A DNA stretch of 64,000 bases from a virus (IMGVR_UViG_3300031992_000030), one strand, 5' to 3'; positions 45,320 through 55,932 are shown, counted from the first letter of the stretch. Notes: generated by a model not told the origin, from the sequence alone. Translations and numbers: made by a program.

Positions 45320-46696
45320 TCATTTATTATCATAACTATATCTATATAAATCTATACAAGTAATAAAAAACCATAATCCAGCAGCTACAAACCACCCAAT
45401 ACCGCCTTGTCCGCTAATCATATACTGCAAAGCATTATAGAGGTTTAACATAAATAATAAGCTATCAAATCCTAACTTTAAGCATATGAGTAAACAAGTT
45501 TTAATATCATTCACCGTCTTTTACCTCCACTACAAGGGCTCCAAATGTTACCCCATGTTCATTAACATATTTAGCAGTACACAGATCTCCAACTATTGTC
45601 ATATCTAAAAGCCAATAAGGCATATCACAAAGAAAACCCCTGTAAGCTGGTTCTTCCTCATCATCTTCTGGTTTCCACACTATGATATTAGTGTCGAACA
45701 TATCAAAAAGTTTAAGTAATTTTCTTAATTTCATATTTAAATCTCCTCCTCACATACCGGACACTCATGTCCATTCTCCATAAATACCTCGGGGTAGTCT
45801 GCAAACAGAATCGGCTCGCCGCACTCTGGACACTCGAACCAGAGATCTTCTTGTGCTACTTCATCCTCATCACAATAGCAAGACCGCACTCCATATGTAT
45901 CAACCATATACTTTACATACTCTTCTGGTGTCATCATGTTCTTTTTCTCCTTTAAGCCAAGTCCTTTATAAGAATTGTATAAGCGTGTCCTTCCTCGTCT
46001 TCATGTCCTTCCTTTTTATACAGAAAATATACATTAATATATTTCCCATTTTTAGACATTTCCGTTCTCAAAAACTCTATACTATCCCAATATGTACCTT
46101 TTCTTTTGTTACAATAGCAGTCAATGGCATGTTCTGTCGCTTTTTCCGCTGAAGCAAATACGCCACAATATTCATCATTACTATCTATCAAAACATAAGC
46201 CTTCATATATATCACCTATTATGCTGCAACCAAGTCCTTAAAATTGCAAAATCACTATATGACAAATCAAATTTTTTGTTAATAGCAATAACTTCTGTTA
46301 TATCTTCGTTAATTTCATTAAATTTTATTTCCAGATACTCATTATTTAAACGCTCTTTGTAAAGTTTAAAAGCATCAGCTACGGCATCTTCTTTTGAGGC
46401 ATATGTACCGAAACATTCGTTGTCATTATCTGTTATGGTATAATAATAAAATCCCATAAAATCTACTCCATTTCATCTATCTCTCTTATAAAGATTGTAA
46501 AAGGATTCACTTCCCTTTCTTCATCAAACGGATTTGTAACTGTAAAATAAACTTCAATTTTTCTTCCATCTTCAGACTTTTCCGTTCTTGAAAACTTTGT
46601 TTTTGAATATTGCTCAATAGCGGCCAGTGCCTTTTCTACAGAGGAGTATACACCATTATAACCGTTATTCCAATCCATCAAGACATAAACTTTCAT
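45320..46696 (-). CDS. Cluster of six small hypothetical genes (45320-45514, 45507-45734, 45737-45937, 45952-46215, 46212-46457, 46463-46696)
   Basis: Tightly coupled ORFs; the last three share a YxLxD...GVY/FxSxEKA motif. Confidence 0.55.
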
Positions 46697-46711
46697 ATAT
46701 ATCGTCCTTTC

Positions 46712-46852
46712 TTAAACTAAATCCTTAAAATCACACCACTCCATATCCTTAAGGAATTCAACTGCGGGGGATCTGAATGTTCCCTCAACAAGTTGCTTTG
46801 TTCCCTGTGTATCTCTCGTATAAAGTGTCTCAATCTTTGTGTACTTGTGCAT
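46712..46852 (-). pseudogene. Truncated RNA ligase (Rnl2-like) N-terminal fragment
   Basis: MHKYTKIETLYTRDTQGTKQLVEGTFRSPAVEFLKDMEW then stop, just before where a TEKxDG motif would be expected. Confidence 0.5.
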
Positions 46853-47252
46853 ATTTTCCTCCATTATTGATGAACATATTCTTCGCAAGCTCTTGGATAC
46901 CGAGTACCTACATATTCTTCTCCATAACGACAATTACCTCTATCGTTATAATGACATCTAATACAAAATTGTTTTACTTTTTCGTTAGTTTCCATATTTT
47001 ATTCTCCCTTAAGTGCATCTACTATATCTTTCGCCTTAGCCGGAAATAAATGTTCTTTTCCATCAGAAGTGCATATTACAGAATATTTATTAGGGTTATT
47101 CTCATAAGGTTGAATTGAAGTTATTTGTTTGATATTTATATATTTTTGATTCCACGAAAGAAATACCATTTTTATTCATACCTCAATCTTTATTTTTCTT
47201 ACATATATATTATATCATAAAAAATGATTTTTGTCAACAAAAATCTCTGGGT

Positions 47253-47684
47253 TTAGTCCCAGAGATCTCTGTATGCGTTTTCTAACATTTTAAAACCAAG
47301 AGCAAGTTCAACATCTTCTTTATCTGAAGCGTCTTTGTAATCCTGTAAATTTCCTTCTTCATTATAGTAATCTTCATACTCCATAGCGTTTTTGAAATGA
47401 TTCACTATTTCATTAAGATAGTCTATCCACTGCCCATCAGTTTTTATTTCAGTACCATCTTTGAGACTCATTGGGACGCCACAGTGATTATTTGCTAAAG
47501 AAGTGAGTGACTGTACAATCAATTCAGAATGATATGTAAAATAATCCCATAAATCCGCATCACAATATCCACGTGTTATTCTCTGATAACACCACTTGAT
47601 ACATCTGAAGAACATTTTAATATTTCTCAACCAAAACCGGGGAGACTTATAAAAACAACCAGAAAACACATTGAGTTTATTCAT
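47253..47684 (-). CDS. Conserved phage hypothetical protein
   Basis: YQRITRGYCDADLWD...HCGVP...LWD. Confidence 0.65.
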   Translation of the reverse strand: MNKLNVFSGCFYKSPRFWLRNIKMFFRCIKWCYQRITRGYCDADLWDYFTYHSELIVQSLTSLANNHCGVPMSLKDGTEIKTDGQWIDYLNEIVNHFKNAMEYEDYYNEEGNLQDYKDASDKEDVELALGFKMLENAYRDLWD

Positions 47685-48090
47685 TCTTAAAATACTCCTC
47701 TTTCAGAAAATAGTTCTCTTCTGCATTAAGTAAGTTGTGCGGCACGGCGGTCTTGCGATAGTCACGTACTCGATCACGCGGATTTTCTGAACGCCAAGCC
47801 GCACAATCAACAGTTATAAACTTGTTTACTATCTCCCACAGCTTCCAATCCCAATATTGACCGGCATATTCAAAGCGATAGTCCTTGTAATACCCGGTTG
47901 CCTTATCAAATACTCTCATTCTGCAATACAGAACACCGCCAGAATTGTCGTCCCACTTCAAAAAGTGAGTTGCACCCTGTCTGATTTCAAATCTACCAAG
48001 CCAGAGTTCATCGTTTCTTATTGCTCTATTGACTATCTTAAGGGCAGAAGTTAAATTCTTCTGATACTTCTTTCTCATCTTATTCTTCAT
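47677..48090 (-). CDS. Hypothetical protein
   Basis: NRAIRNDELWLGRF; own promoter. Confidence 0.6.
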   Translation of the reverse strand: MKNKMRKKYQKNLTSALKIVNRAIRNDELWLGRFEIRQGATHFLKWDDNSGGVLYCRMRVFDKATGYYKDYRFEYAGQYWDWKLWEIVNKFITVDCAAWRSENPRDRVRDYRKTAVPHNLLNAEENYFLKEEYFKNE

Positions 48091-48215
48091 ATTAAATCAC
48101 CTCATTTATCTTTCTTATCTTTTCTATATATATTATAACATAAAATGCGGTCTTTGTCAACGAAGATTTTTTGTGCCAAAACGAGGGATCCCGTGGACCC
48201 CTCGCCGCACTTTCC

Positions 48216-48686
48216 TTATTTATTCTGTTCTTCTGGTTCTTCCCCAACTTCTATTCCACAATAGAGATATTTGTTTTCATCATATCTATTATCCCATGCT
48301 ACAGAATCAATAATCTCTTCAAGAGAAGCAATATAACCTTCACTTGATTGTAATTCTGCTTTAATATTAAGCCACTCTTCAATATCTGAATTGAGATTAT
48401 GAATTTCTTCCAACTTGTCCTCAATTGAATTGTTGCAACCAGCAATTATAGTGATTGTTTTTTCAACCTCAACTACCTTTTGGTCTACTTCTTTAATTTT
48501 GGATTCAAGGCCATTTTTAACATAAGTCAAGTCCATAATAGTTACAGGTGCAACATTACCATAAGGGACAACAAAAGGACAAAAATCATCAAATGCAGTA
48601 AAAATACTACAAATTTTACTAAAGTTGCCAATAGGGAGAAATTCACCATTTAAGCCCTTTATAAAAAACTGAATATACTGTGACAT
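48216..48686 (-). CDS. Hypothetical coiled-coil protein
   Basis: RBS GGAGG; heptad region. Confidence 0.6.
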   Translation of the reverse strand: MSQYIQFFIKGLNGEFLPIGNFSKICSIFTAFDDFCPFVVPYGNVAPVTIMDLTYVKNGLESKIKEVDQKVVEVEKTITIIAGCNNSIEDKLEEIHNLNSDIEEWLNIKAELQSSEGYIASLEEIIDSVAWDNRYDENKYLYCGIEVGEEPEEQNK

Positions 48687-48713
48687 AATTACCTCCTTAA
48701 GAACCGCAGGTTC

Positions 48714-49211
48714 TTACCAATTCTGCTTAACCTTTAGACCCCAAGTACCGCACTTTTTGCAACCACAATATTGAGGCTCTCTGACTGTTCTACACATTCT
48801 ACTATAACCCCCGATGACGCCGCAGTTAGGGCAGATGAGATCGTACTTGTTCTTGACCTCGGTGTGTCTTTCAACTTCACCTGCTGCCTTGGTAAGGGGG
48901 CAACCCAGCTTGCCACACATTCTCTTGAAAACTGCGTCGTGGCCGTGAGACTCTTTTGTAAGTTCTGTTACTATTGCGTGGGCAGCCTCGTGAAGAATAA
49001 CATCGTGGATTGACTCATCAGTAGCAGTTTCAATAAGCTGCTTGGAAAATTCTGCTCTATTGGGAATAAGGTCGCTACCCTTCCAATCACTTATTACTCT
49101 TGCGTGAGTACGAGTAAGTCTACCATTAAGAGAAACAGGAATTTCTCTTGTCATTCCACCTTTGCGGCAAGCCTCATAAAACTCATTCTTAATTCTATCA
49201 ATATCATACAT
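48714..49211 (-). CDS. SprT-like zinc metalloprotease
   Basis: NGRLTRT, ILHEAAHA, HGHDAVFK, CPNCG...CKKCG. Confidence 0.85.
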   Translation of the reverse strand: MYDIDRIKNEFYEACRKGGMTREIPVSLNGRLTRTHARVISDWKGSDLIPNRAEFSKQLIETATDESIHDVILHEAAHAIVTELTKESHGHDAVFKRMCGKLGCPLTKAAGEVERHTEVKNKYDLICPNCGVIGGYSRMCRTVREPQYCGCKKCGTWGLKVKQNW

Positions 49212-49304
49212 ACTTAAATTTACCTCTTTTATTTTTCTTACATATATATTATATCATAAATTTAGGTTATCGTCAATATAGATTTTTAGAAATACAAAAA
49301 GAGA

Positions 49305-49745
49305 GGTTTGCAACCCTCTCTTAACGAACATATTGGTTTACCAGACCTTATATTTTCACACATATGTCAGATGCTATTGGTTTCTTTCACCCAGAATCCA
49401 AGCAAGGGGGCAGCACCTTTTTCATTAACGCACCGGCTGCAGGTCGACTGTGCTATATGCCGCTTTCAGTAAGGCACTCTTGTGGTAATAGGTGAGCGTA
49501 CCTAAATAGGTTTTTTCCCGTTTCCGCGGATGGACGAACCTATAAGAACCAAGTGGGTTAGGAGTTTTATGGAGAAACTCCTACAAAAACCTCAAGTTTA
49601 TTTTAACCTCTCTGACCCACTTGTAAAGATTGAGGGTTCCGCCTCATTTGTAAGGGTTTAACGTCCACGAGCCTTGGGGCGTGCGGATTAGGATCGACGG
49701 GTCGGTCTGCTTGGGGGCCGCCACCCTTTTGATAGAGCTTACGCT
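49305..49745 (-). ncRNA. Candidate ~430-nt structured ncRNA / long 3' UTR ending in an intrinsic terminator
   Basis: No ORF of 60 aa or more; CAAGTGGGT/ACCCACTTG, TAGGAGTTT/AAACTCCTA, ATAGGTT/AACCTAT stems; terminator GAGAGG/CCTCTC-TTTTT. Confidence 0.45.
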
Positions 49746-49748
49746 CTA

Positions 49749-50105
49749 TCAAACTCGAGTGAACAGAGTCTTTCTGTCCTTACCAGAAGTCTTAGACTTC
49801 TCGATACCCTCAATAGTACGGATCAGACCGGAGAGCTTCTGAGTGGAGAAGTTCTCGCCGATAAGCTCGTTGATGTCAGAGAGGGTGTAAGCCTTGCCGG
49901 GCTCCATAGCCTCATAAATCTTTGCACGGAGTGCATCGTTAGCAACCTGCTCCTTAGAGGGCTTACGCTCTCCAGATGCTCTACGCTCAAGGGAAGCCTT
50001 GAGAGCCTCAAGCTTTGCGATCTCGTCAGGGGAGAAACCCTCAACGCCCTTAAGGGACTCGATACCAGAAGTAAGTGCAGAAATGTAAGTAATCTTCTCA
50101 GCCAT
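49749..50105 (-). CDS. Small winged-helix DNA-binding protein (family member 2)
   Basis: EQVANDALRAKIYEAMEPGKAYTLSDI...STQKLSGL; start adjusted to MAEKIT. Confidence 0.7.
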   Translation of the reverse strand: MAEKITYISALTSGIESLKGVEGFSPDEIAKLEALKASLERRASGERKPSKEQVANDALRAKIYEAMEPGKAYTLSDINELIGENFSTQKLSGLIRTIEGIEKSKTSGKDRKTLFTRV

Positions 50106-50395
50106 AATTTTCACCTCATTTTTTTTCTTTCTTTTTTATTTTTCTTACATCTATATTATACCACAAATTTTTAAGTTTGTAAAGTATAATTTTTTGAACC
50201 TCTTTGTAAGATTTCCGACTTTGGAATTAGGGTTCTTACTAACGCCTTCTCGAACTTGTACTTAACCAACTTGATAGGAACGCATTCCTCTAACGACAAG
50301 TAGGTTTTCAGAACCTTTATTTTCTTCTTTCTTTATCTTACATATATATTATATCATAAATTTGGCTTTTTGTAAAGACAAATTTTTTGAACTAC

Positions 50396-50647
50396 TTAAT
50401 CCTCTTCCTTTACGAAAATAGCAACGTGCTGTCTAATTCCATCCTCAAGAGTATAACCACAAGCCTTATAGCGGAGTTCAAAGTAAGTTCCTTCTTCGCC
50501 TTTAACAAGTTCGCGGTTAGCAAGATACATAGGAGCATCTTCAATATATCCCTCAAAGAGAGGAGAATTTTCATCATCTCCCCATATTCTTACCCAAGTA
50601 CCAAGAGGGAGGAAGTTGAGTACATCTATTAACTTCATATTTATCAT
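50396..50647 (-). CDS. Hypothetical protein (similar to 45507-45734)
   Basis: MKLxDxL...IW..D.E.P.F.G....P.YL. Confidence 0.55.
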   Translation of the reverse strand: MINMKLIDVLNFLPLGTWVRIWGDDENSPLFEGYIEDAPMYLANRELVKGEEGTYFELRYKACGYTLEDGIRQHVAIFVKEED

Positions 50648-50719
50648 TACCTTCCTTATCTTTCTTACATATATATTATATCATAAAAATAAGTATTTGT
50701 AAAGTTAGATTTTTTGATT

Positions 50720-50941
50720 TTAATACTTAATACTATCGTGTGCTATAATTCTTGCAGCATTATCAACTTCTGTAATAGAAACAATTTTTTCGGTAGAAAC
50801 TGTGAATTTTGCTTCTGCTAGCATCTGTGCTTCTTCTTTATTATGAGCCAATATAAGCATTTTATAATAATCAGAATAAGGGTTAGATGTATAAACTTCA
50901 AATAACAACATAATATTTTCTCTTTTCTTATCTTTATACAT
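50720..50941 (-). CDS. Hypothetical protein
   Basis: ILAHNKEEA motif; true start probably MLLFE. Confidence 0.5.
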   Translation of the reverse strand: MYKDKKRENIMLLFEVYTSNPYSDYYKMLILAHNKEEAQMLAEAKFTVSTEKIVSITEVDNAARIIAHDSIKY

Positions 50942-51260
50942 ATATTATAGCATAAATTTAGATTATCGTCAATATAGATTTTTCAATCTACTTGACATTT
51001 GCGGGAGCCCGTCCATGTAGATCCGCAGGAGCAACCGCCGCAAGGTTTTTCTAAATCCACTTTTGGTTTGGTGAGACGAGTGTTGCGTGTGCCAGCGGGG
51101 CGACGCCCGCAAGGTTTGAATTCTTAAAAATTTATGTTATAATATATATAGGTAATTTTATAGGAGGTTTAAGGAGACGGAGTTAATAGACGGAGCATTA
51201 GTTTTATAAGGGGAGAGTATAGAATTAGTGTGTGTTCTATTGGTTATGTCTTAATGGAAT

Positions 51261-51452
51261 ATGGAAGAAAAAAATAACAGAATTCAATGCGAAATTGTAT
51301 GTATGTTATGCGAAGATGTAATAAAAACAGTAAGTTATGAGGAGTTTTGTTGCAAATATTCCAACAACCCGTTCATTGTGTGTCCCAGCTGCAAGGCCGC
51401 ATGGAAAATCGTGAAAAAAGAAAAGTCGGCTCGGGAAGAAAAGAAGGAGTAA
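51261..51452 (+). CDS. Small zinc-finger protein
   Basis: CMLC...VCPSCK; + strand. Confidence 0.5.
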   Translation: MEEKNNRIQCEIVCMLCEDVIKTVSYEEFCCKYSNNPFIVCPSCKAAWKIVKKEKSAREEKKE

Positions 51453-51470
51453 GGAAAAAGGCTCGGAGTC

Positions 51471-51680
51471 GTGTTAAAATTTTGCGTTGTAGTGTTAAAA
51501 ATTTAGGTTGTAAATAAGGTGTTAAAAATTTGGTTTGTAGTGTTAAAAAAAAGGTTTGTTCTGTTAAAATTTTGGTTTGTAGTGTTAAAAAAATGTGTTA
51601 AAAAAATAGATAGGGTTTGTTAAAATTTTGCGTTGTAGTGTTAAAAATTTGGGTTGTTCTGTTAAAATTTTGGTTTGTTG
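51471..51680 (+). repeat. Iteron-like direct repeat array (about 10 copies, ~21-bp period, GTGTTAAAAWTTTGGKTTGT)
   Basis: Tandem copies immediately upstream of the wHTH gene. Confidence 0.85.
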
Positions 51681-52265
51681 AAAGGAGGTGAGAAATTAAA
51701 AGTGGGTAGAAAAAGACAAATACCTAAGATAAAAGAAATTTGTGCAAGTAAATTGTATAATGATTTGGTTTATAGTTATTTGCAGACTATTTCTGATGAA
51801 GAAGGAAGAATATTTCGGTTTAATATGAATAATAAGGAAATAGGAGATAAAGTGGGGTTATCAAGACAAACAGTTGCTACAAAAATTAAGAATTTGGAAG
51901 AATTAGATTTATTAAAATTTATTGAAGAAACTGACGAATATGAGTTGATTATATTAGAGCCTAATATTGCAGCACTTATACCAGAAGAAACTTTGAAGTT
52001 GTTAATTGATACAATGAATGAGAAAACTATTTCTATTTATGTCTATTTGTTTAAGAGATTTTATGCGAATAAAAATAAGCCGTATACAGTTACTTACACA
52101 CAATTGAAGGACTGGATAGGAGTTTCTACCAAGTCTACCTCTAACAACCGGGTAGTATCGAATATATTAACCGTGTTGGAAAAATTGGGGTTATTGGAGT
52201 ATGAAATGTCAGAGGCTGGTCGCAAAGTGTTCTGTGTGGTGAAGAATGTAAAGTTAAAAATTTGA
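51675..52265 (+). CDS. Double winged-helix protein, probable replication initiator
   Basis: NKEIGDKVGLSRQTVATKIKNLEELDLL and second wHTH TQLKDWIGVS...LTVLEKLGLL; flanked by iterons; true start may be GTG at 51702. Confidence 0.7.
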   Translation: MLKGGEKLKVGRKRQIPKIKEICASKLYNDLVYSYLQTISDEEGRIFRFNMNNKEIGDKVGLSRQTVATKIKNLEELDLLKFIEETDEYELIILEPNIAALIPEETLKLLIDTMNEKTISIYVYLFKRFYANKNKPYTVTYTQLKDWIGVSTKSTSNNRVVSNILTVLEKLGLLEYEMSEAGRKVFCVVKNVKLKI

Positions 52266-52352
52266 GTTGTTGTGTTAAAATTTTGGTTTGTATTGCGTGT
52301 TAAAAATTTGGGTTGTTGTGTTAAAATTTTGTATTGTTGTGTTAAAATTTAA
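52252..52352 (+). repeat. Second iteron-like array (about 5 copies)
   Basis: Same GTGTTAAAAWTTTGGKTTGT unit overlapping and following the stop codon. Confidence 0.85.
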
Positions 52353-52825
52353 GATAGTATATTTAATATAGGGGAGCTTTCCCCTCCCCTAGAACCCTTT
52401 CCCTGGGTCGAGTTTTGTAGTTCGCTTCGCTCACTACAAAACTCTCCCGGGCGGGGAAACTCGCTTTTATTGGGGGGCGGGGGCCAGAGAAAACTGAGGG
52501 GATTATAGGGAGGAATATTTAGAGAAGTGAAACGAAAATTGATTTTTGAATTAGAAGGAAATTCTCTGGTTTTGAAACTTATGGATGGGGAAATAGAAGT
52601 AAAAGAAGAGGTTATGAAAAAGGATATGAGATAGAAGCTTATGTGGCAATTTAGATTTAGGACTTTATGCAAAGGTAGAATTAGATAGAATAGAAGATGA
52701 AATGAGAAGAATAAAAAGTTGTGGAGTGTGAGGAAAAGAGGGAAGTTGCCAGGGCGACACGCCCCTGCGATATGCCATCACTGGCCGCAAAGACGAATTC
52801 GGGCATAAAAAAAAAGGACTCTTAT

Positions 52826-53149
52826 TCAGAGTCCAAAATAATATCCACCATCCATCATCTTCACTATGATCTTAGCCACCCCCTGGGCCGCACTCTTACT
52901 CACAGGTTCGTACTTATCTAACTTGTCTTCGTAGTACTTTCCTACCCACTCGTCAAATGCCATTATAAGCCCAACCATCTCTTCTTCCTTTTGGTTGCTG
53001 CGCTCCTGCTCTTGTTCTTGCTTCTTCTTGGCCTCGGCTCGATTAGCGGCGTCTGCAATCTTGTCTAATATTGCTTCTGCATCCTCTTGGTCTTGCTGTA
53101 TAAGCAACTCAAACATTCTATCATACCAATCATCAGTTAATCTTCCCAT
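52826..53149 (-). CDS. Hypothetical helical protein
   Basis: RBS GAGGTG; promoter upstream. Confidence 0.6.
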   Translation of the reverse strand: MGRLTDDWYDRMFELLIQQDQEDAEAILDKIADAANRAEAKKKQEQEQERSNQKEEEMVGLIMAFDEWVGKYYEDKLDKYEPVSKSAAQGVAKIIVKMMDGGYYFGL

Positions 53150-54180
53150 AGTAATAATTCACCTCTTTTTATTGTTATACTTATATTATAACATAATATT
53201 TTTTAATTTCCAAACCGTAGCTCGAAAAATTGAGAGCAAAATGAAGTCGTAGACTTAAAAATGGAGAATGATTCATCCGCCTTATAGAAGGTTATGTTTC
53301 TGAGGACAAAAATAAGTCTGGAGCGCGAATCGAGTGGAAAGGGTATGAGCAATTTTTCGCCTTTCCCGGAAATATATATTTCTTGCGGCGACCCGTCCAA
53401 AAAATCGCACTTGACAAGGGCCGCGAGTTATGCTATATATTTATATTTATATTTCCCCTTTTATTATATCATATTTTTTAAGTGCTGTCAATAGAGATTT
53501 TTTCTTCTTACTCTTGGTTTTATTTTGGGGCTTGTTAAAGCCCCAATTTTCCAAAATTTGCTTATCTTCTTTTGGTTTCCTTGCAACTTTTCATACGACT
53601 ATTTTTGTCTTTACTAGACTTCACTCTAGCTCTCTGATGAAATGGAAAAGTGGAAGGTCTGTGGGCTAAATTTAATATGCGGTTTTCCCGTTGGCGAGAT
53701 CGTAGGGTTACGTTGAAAAAATCTCACTTGACAAGGCGCGCAAAATATGATATAATATATAGGGGGAAGATTTTTGCTCTTGTCTTACTTCTGGTCTTGT
53801 TAAATAAATCTTACTTGACAAGGAGGTGTCAATAGGGATTTTTTGGACTGGCCGGTGGAAGATCAAGTGCGGGGAAAAATTGTGTTTTTTTATTATATGA
53901 AAAATATAAGGTAGTAATTGAGGAGTGTTGTCCAAAGAATTTTTTGAACGGGGCAGCGCATATTGGGAAGATTAAGTCACGGGTGGTCAGAGGCCCGGCC
54001 ATATGGGAAATTGTGCATGTTGCGGGGGTAAAAAATGTCGGAGACGGATTTCGGGATTTGGGAGGTGTGAGGCACGTGTGAGCATATGCTCGGCCATATG
54101 TGCTGAGGGGTCGCGTTGGTGGGAAACGGGCCAGACTCGCTCGCTCACGGCCCGCCGAGCAGGCCCTGTCAATAGGTATT

Positions 54181-55445
54181 TTGCACAAAATTTCAAAAAA
54201 TTTTTTGTGCAGTATGCACAAAACTCGATCTTGTCAAGAGGCAAATTGCACAAAATCTCGATAAATTTTTTGTGCAATTTATAGAATTTTTGTGTACCAA
54301 AAAAGGGACTATCCGAAGATAGTCCCTTTAATAGGTCGGTTAGGGGTTGACCTTACACCTTGCGGAACCAAGCAACACGCTTGATTTCAACACGCTCAAC
54401 CAAGCCGTCACGCTTCAGCGGAGTAAGCAAGGCAGATACCTTGTGGGTCGATGCGGTTTCAAGCCCAGGCACAACCGCAATAAGGTCGTTAATGCGGTAG
54501 AGTTTGCCCTGCTCCATAGTGGCAAGGATAGCGTCACGCAGTTTTGCGTTTTCCTTTACTTCAGCGGATACCGCACGGGGTGCGTTAGCCTTCTTTTCGA
54601 GCGACTTGATAAGGCTCTCAACCTTATCTTTTACCTCAACGGGCAACTGCTCACCATAAGTAGCAACAACAAATTCGAGTGCGGACTTCTGAGTCATCTT
54701 TTCAGCCATAATTATCACCTCATAAAATTATATTTGTAATAGACTTGTACTTGTTGGTGTAGCCAAACTGTTCTTACTTGAAAGGTCGCAACCTCTAAAG
54801 GCTTCTTAACTTTCCTTATCTTTTTTACACTTATATTATATACCAAAAATCTTGTTTTGTCAACAATGATTTTATTGTCAAGATTCAAGTGTCTATTTGA
54901 CTTGGCGTCCCTCGTCTTTCGACACTACCATTATAGCATACCCACAACTGATTGCAACCCCCAGATTTTTGTGCAAAAAGCACAAATTATAGTAGATTTT
55001 ACATAAAAAATTCTACATTTTGCACAATTTACTTCGCAAATTTAAAAAATTTTGAAATTTGCGAAATGATTTTCACTTTATTGCACTAAAGTAAAACCTT
55101 TTGTGCATTATGTAGAATTTTTTAGCATAAATTTATGCAACTTGTAGAAAATTTTCTACATTCTGCACAAAAAATGCACAATTTTGGGATAAAAATTTGT
55201 GCAAAATGCACAAAAAAAGTGCTTGACAAAATTGGTGGGGCGTGGTATAATGGAATTTCGGGCCGCGCTCAACCGTTAGCGGCCCGCTCTATTATACCAT
55301 ATCCAGGGCCTCCTGTCAATAGGCAAGTTGCACAAATTTTTAAAAAATTTTTTGTGCAATATACACAAATCCCCAAAAGTCAATAGGCAAATTGCACAAA
55401 TTTTCAGAAAAATTTTTGTGCAAAATGTAGAATTTTTTCACTTGA
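54181..55445. repeat. Dense clusters of TGCACAAA...TTTGTGCA inverted repeats
   Basis: More than 10 half-sites at 54181-54280 and 54960-55445, flanking the gene at 54353. Confidence 0.8.
54353..54709 (-). CDS. Small winged-helix DNA-binding protein (family member 3)
   Basis: YRINDLIA.VP.L.TASTHKVSALLTP.KRDGLV; close paralog of 55573 gene. Confidence 0.75.
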   Translation of the reverse strand: MAEKMTQKSALEFVVATYGEQLPVEVKDKVESLIKSLEKKANAPRAVSAEVKENAKLRDAILATMEQGKLYRINDLIAVVPGLETASTHKVSALLTPLKRDGLVERVEIKRVAWFRKV

Positions 55446-55572
55446 CAAATAACCCCCTATGTGTTATCATAGGGGGTTAAGTGTATAAAGAAAAGGAGGA
55501 CAAAAAACCGTCAATTAGTGGGATAGGGTTTTTGTGGGGAACCCTGTCAAAACCCCCCGTAGGGCGTAAGCC

Positions 55573-55932
55573 TTACGCCTTACGGAAGTAGGCGACACGC
55601 TTGATTTCCTCACGGATTACAAGCCCGTCACGCTTCATAGGTGTGAGGAGTGCGGACACCTTATGAGTGGAAGCCGTGGCAAGTTCGGGAACCGCAGCGA
55701 TGAGGTCGTTGATACGGTATGCCTTACCCTCTACCATATTGTCGAGGATAGCCTTGCGGAGCTTGGCGTTTTCCTTAACCTCTGCGGACTGTGCACGAGG
55801 GGCGTTAGCCTTCTTCTCGAGGGACTTAGCAATATCCTCAATCTTACCCTTTACATCTGCGGGGAGAGCCTCGCCGTATGTAGCAAGTACGAACTCAATT
55901 GCCTTTGCCTGTGTCATCTTTGTTTCTGCCAT
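55573..55932 (-). CDS. Small winged-helix DNA-binding protein (family member 4)
   Basis: Near-duplicate of 54353 gene. Confidence 0.75.
   Translation of the reverse strand: MAETKMTQAKAIEFVLATYGEALPADVKGKIEDIAKSLEKKANAPRAQSAEVKENAKLRKAILDNMVEGKAYRINDLIAAVPELATASTHKVSALLTPMKRDGLVIREEIKRVAYFRKA

Noticed and set aside
1777-48054. Plus-strand ORFs such as 1777-2106, 11320-11709, 30334-31014, 35199-35585
   Set aside because: Antisense shadows of well-supported - strand genes.
51471-52352. CRISPR array
   Set aside because: Repeats are ~21 bp, degenerate and directly tandem without unique spacers; no cas genes in the window; iterons fit better.
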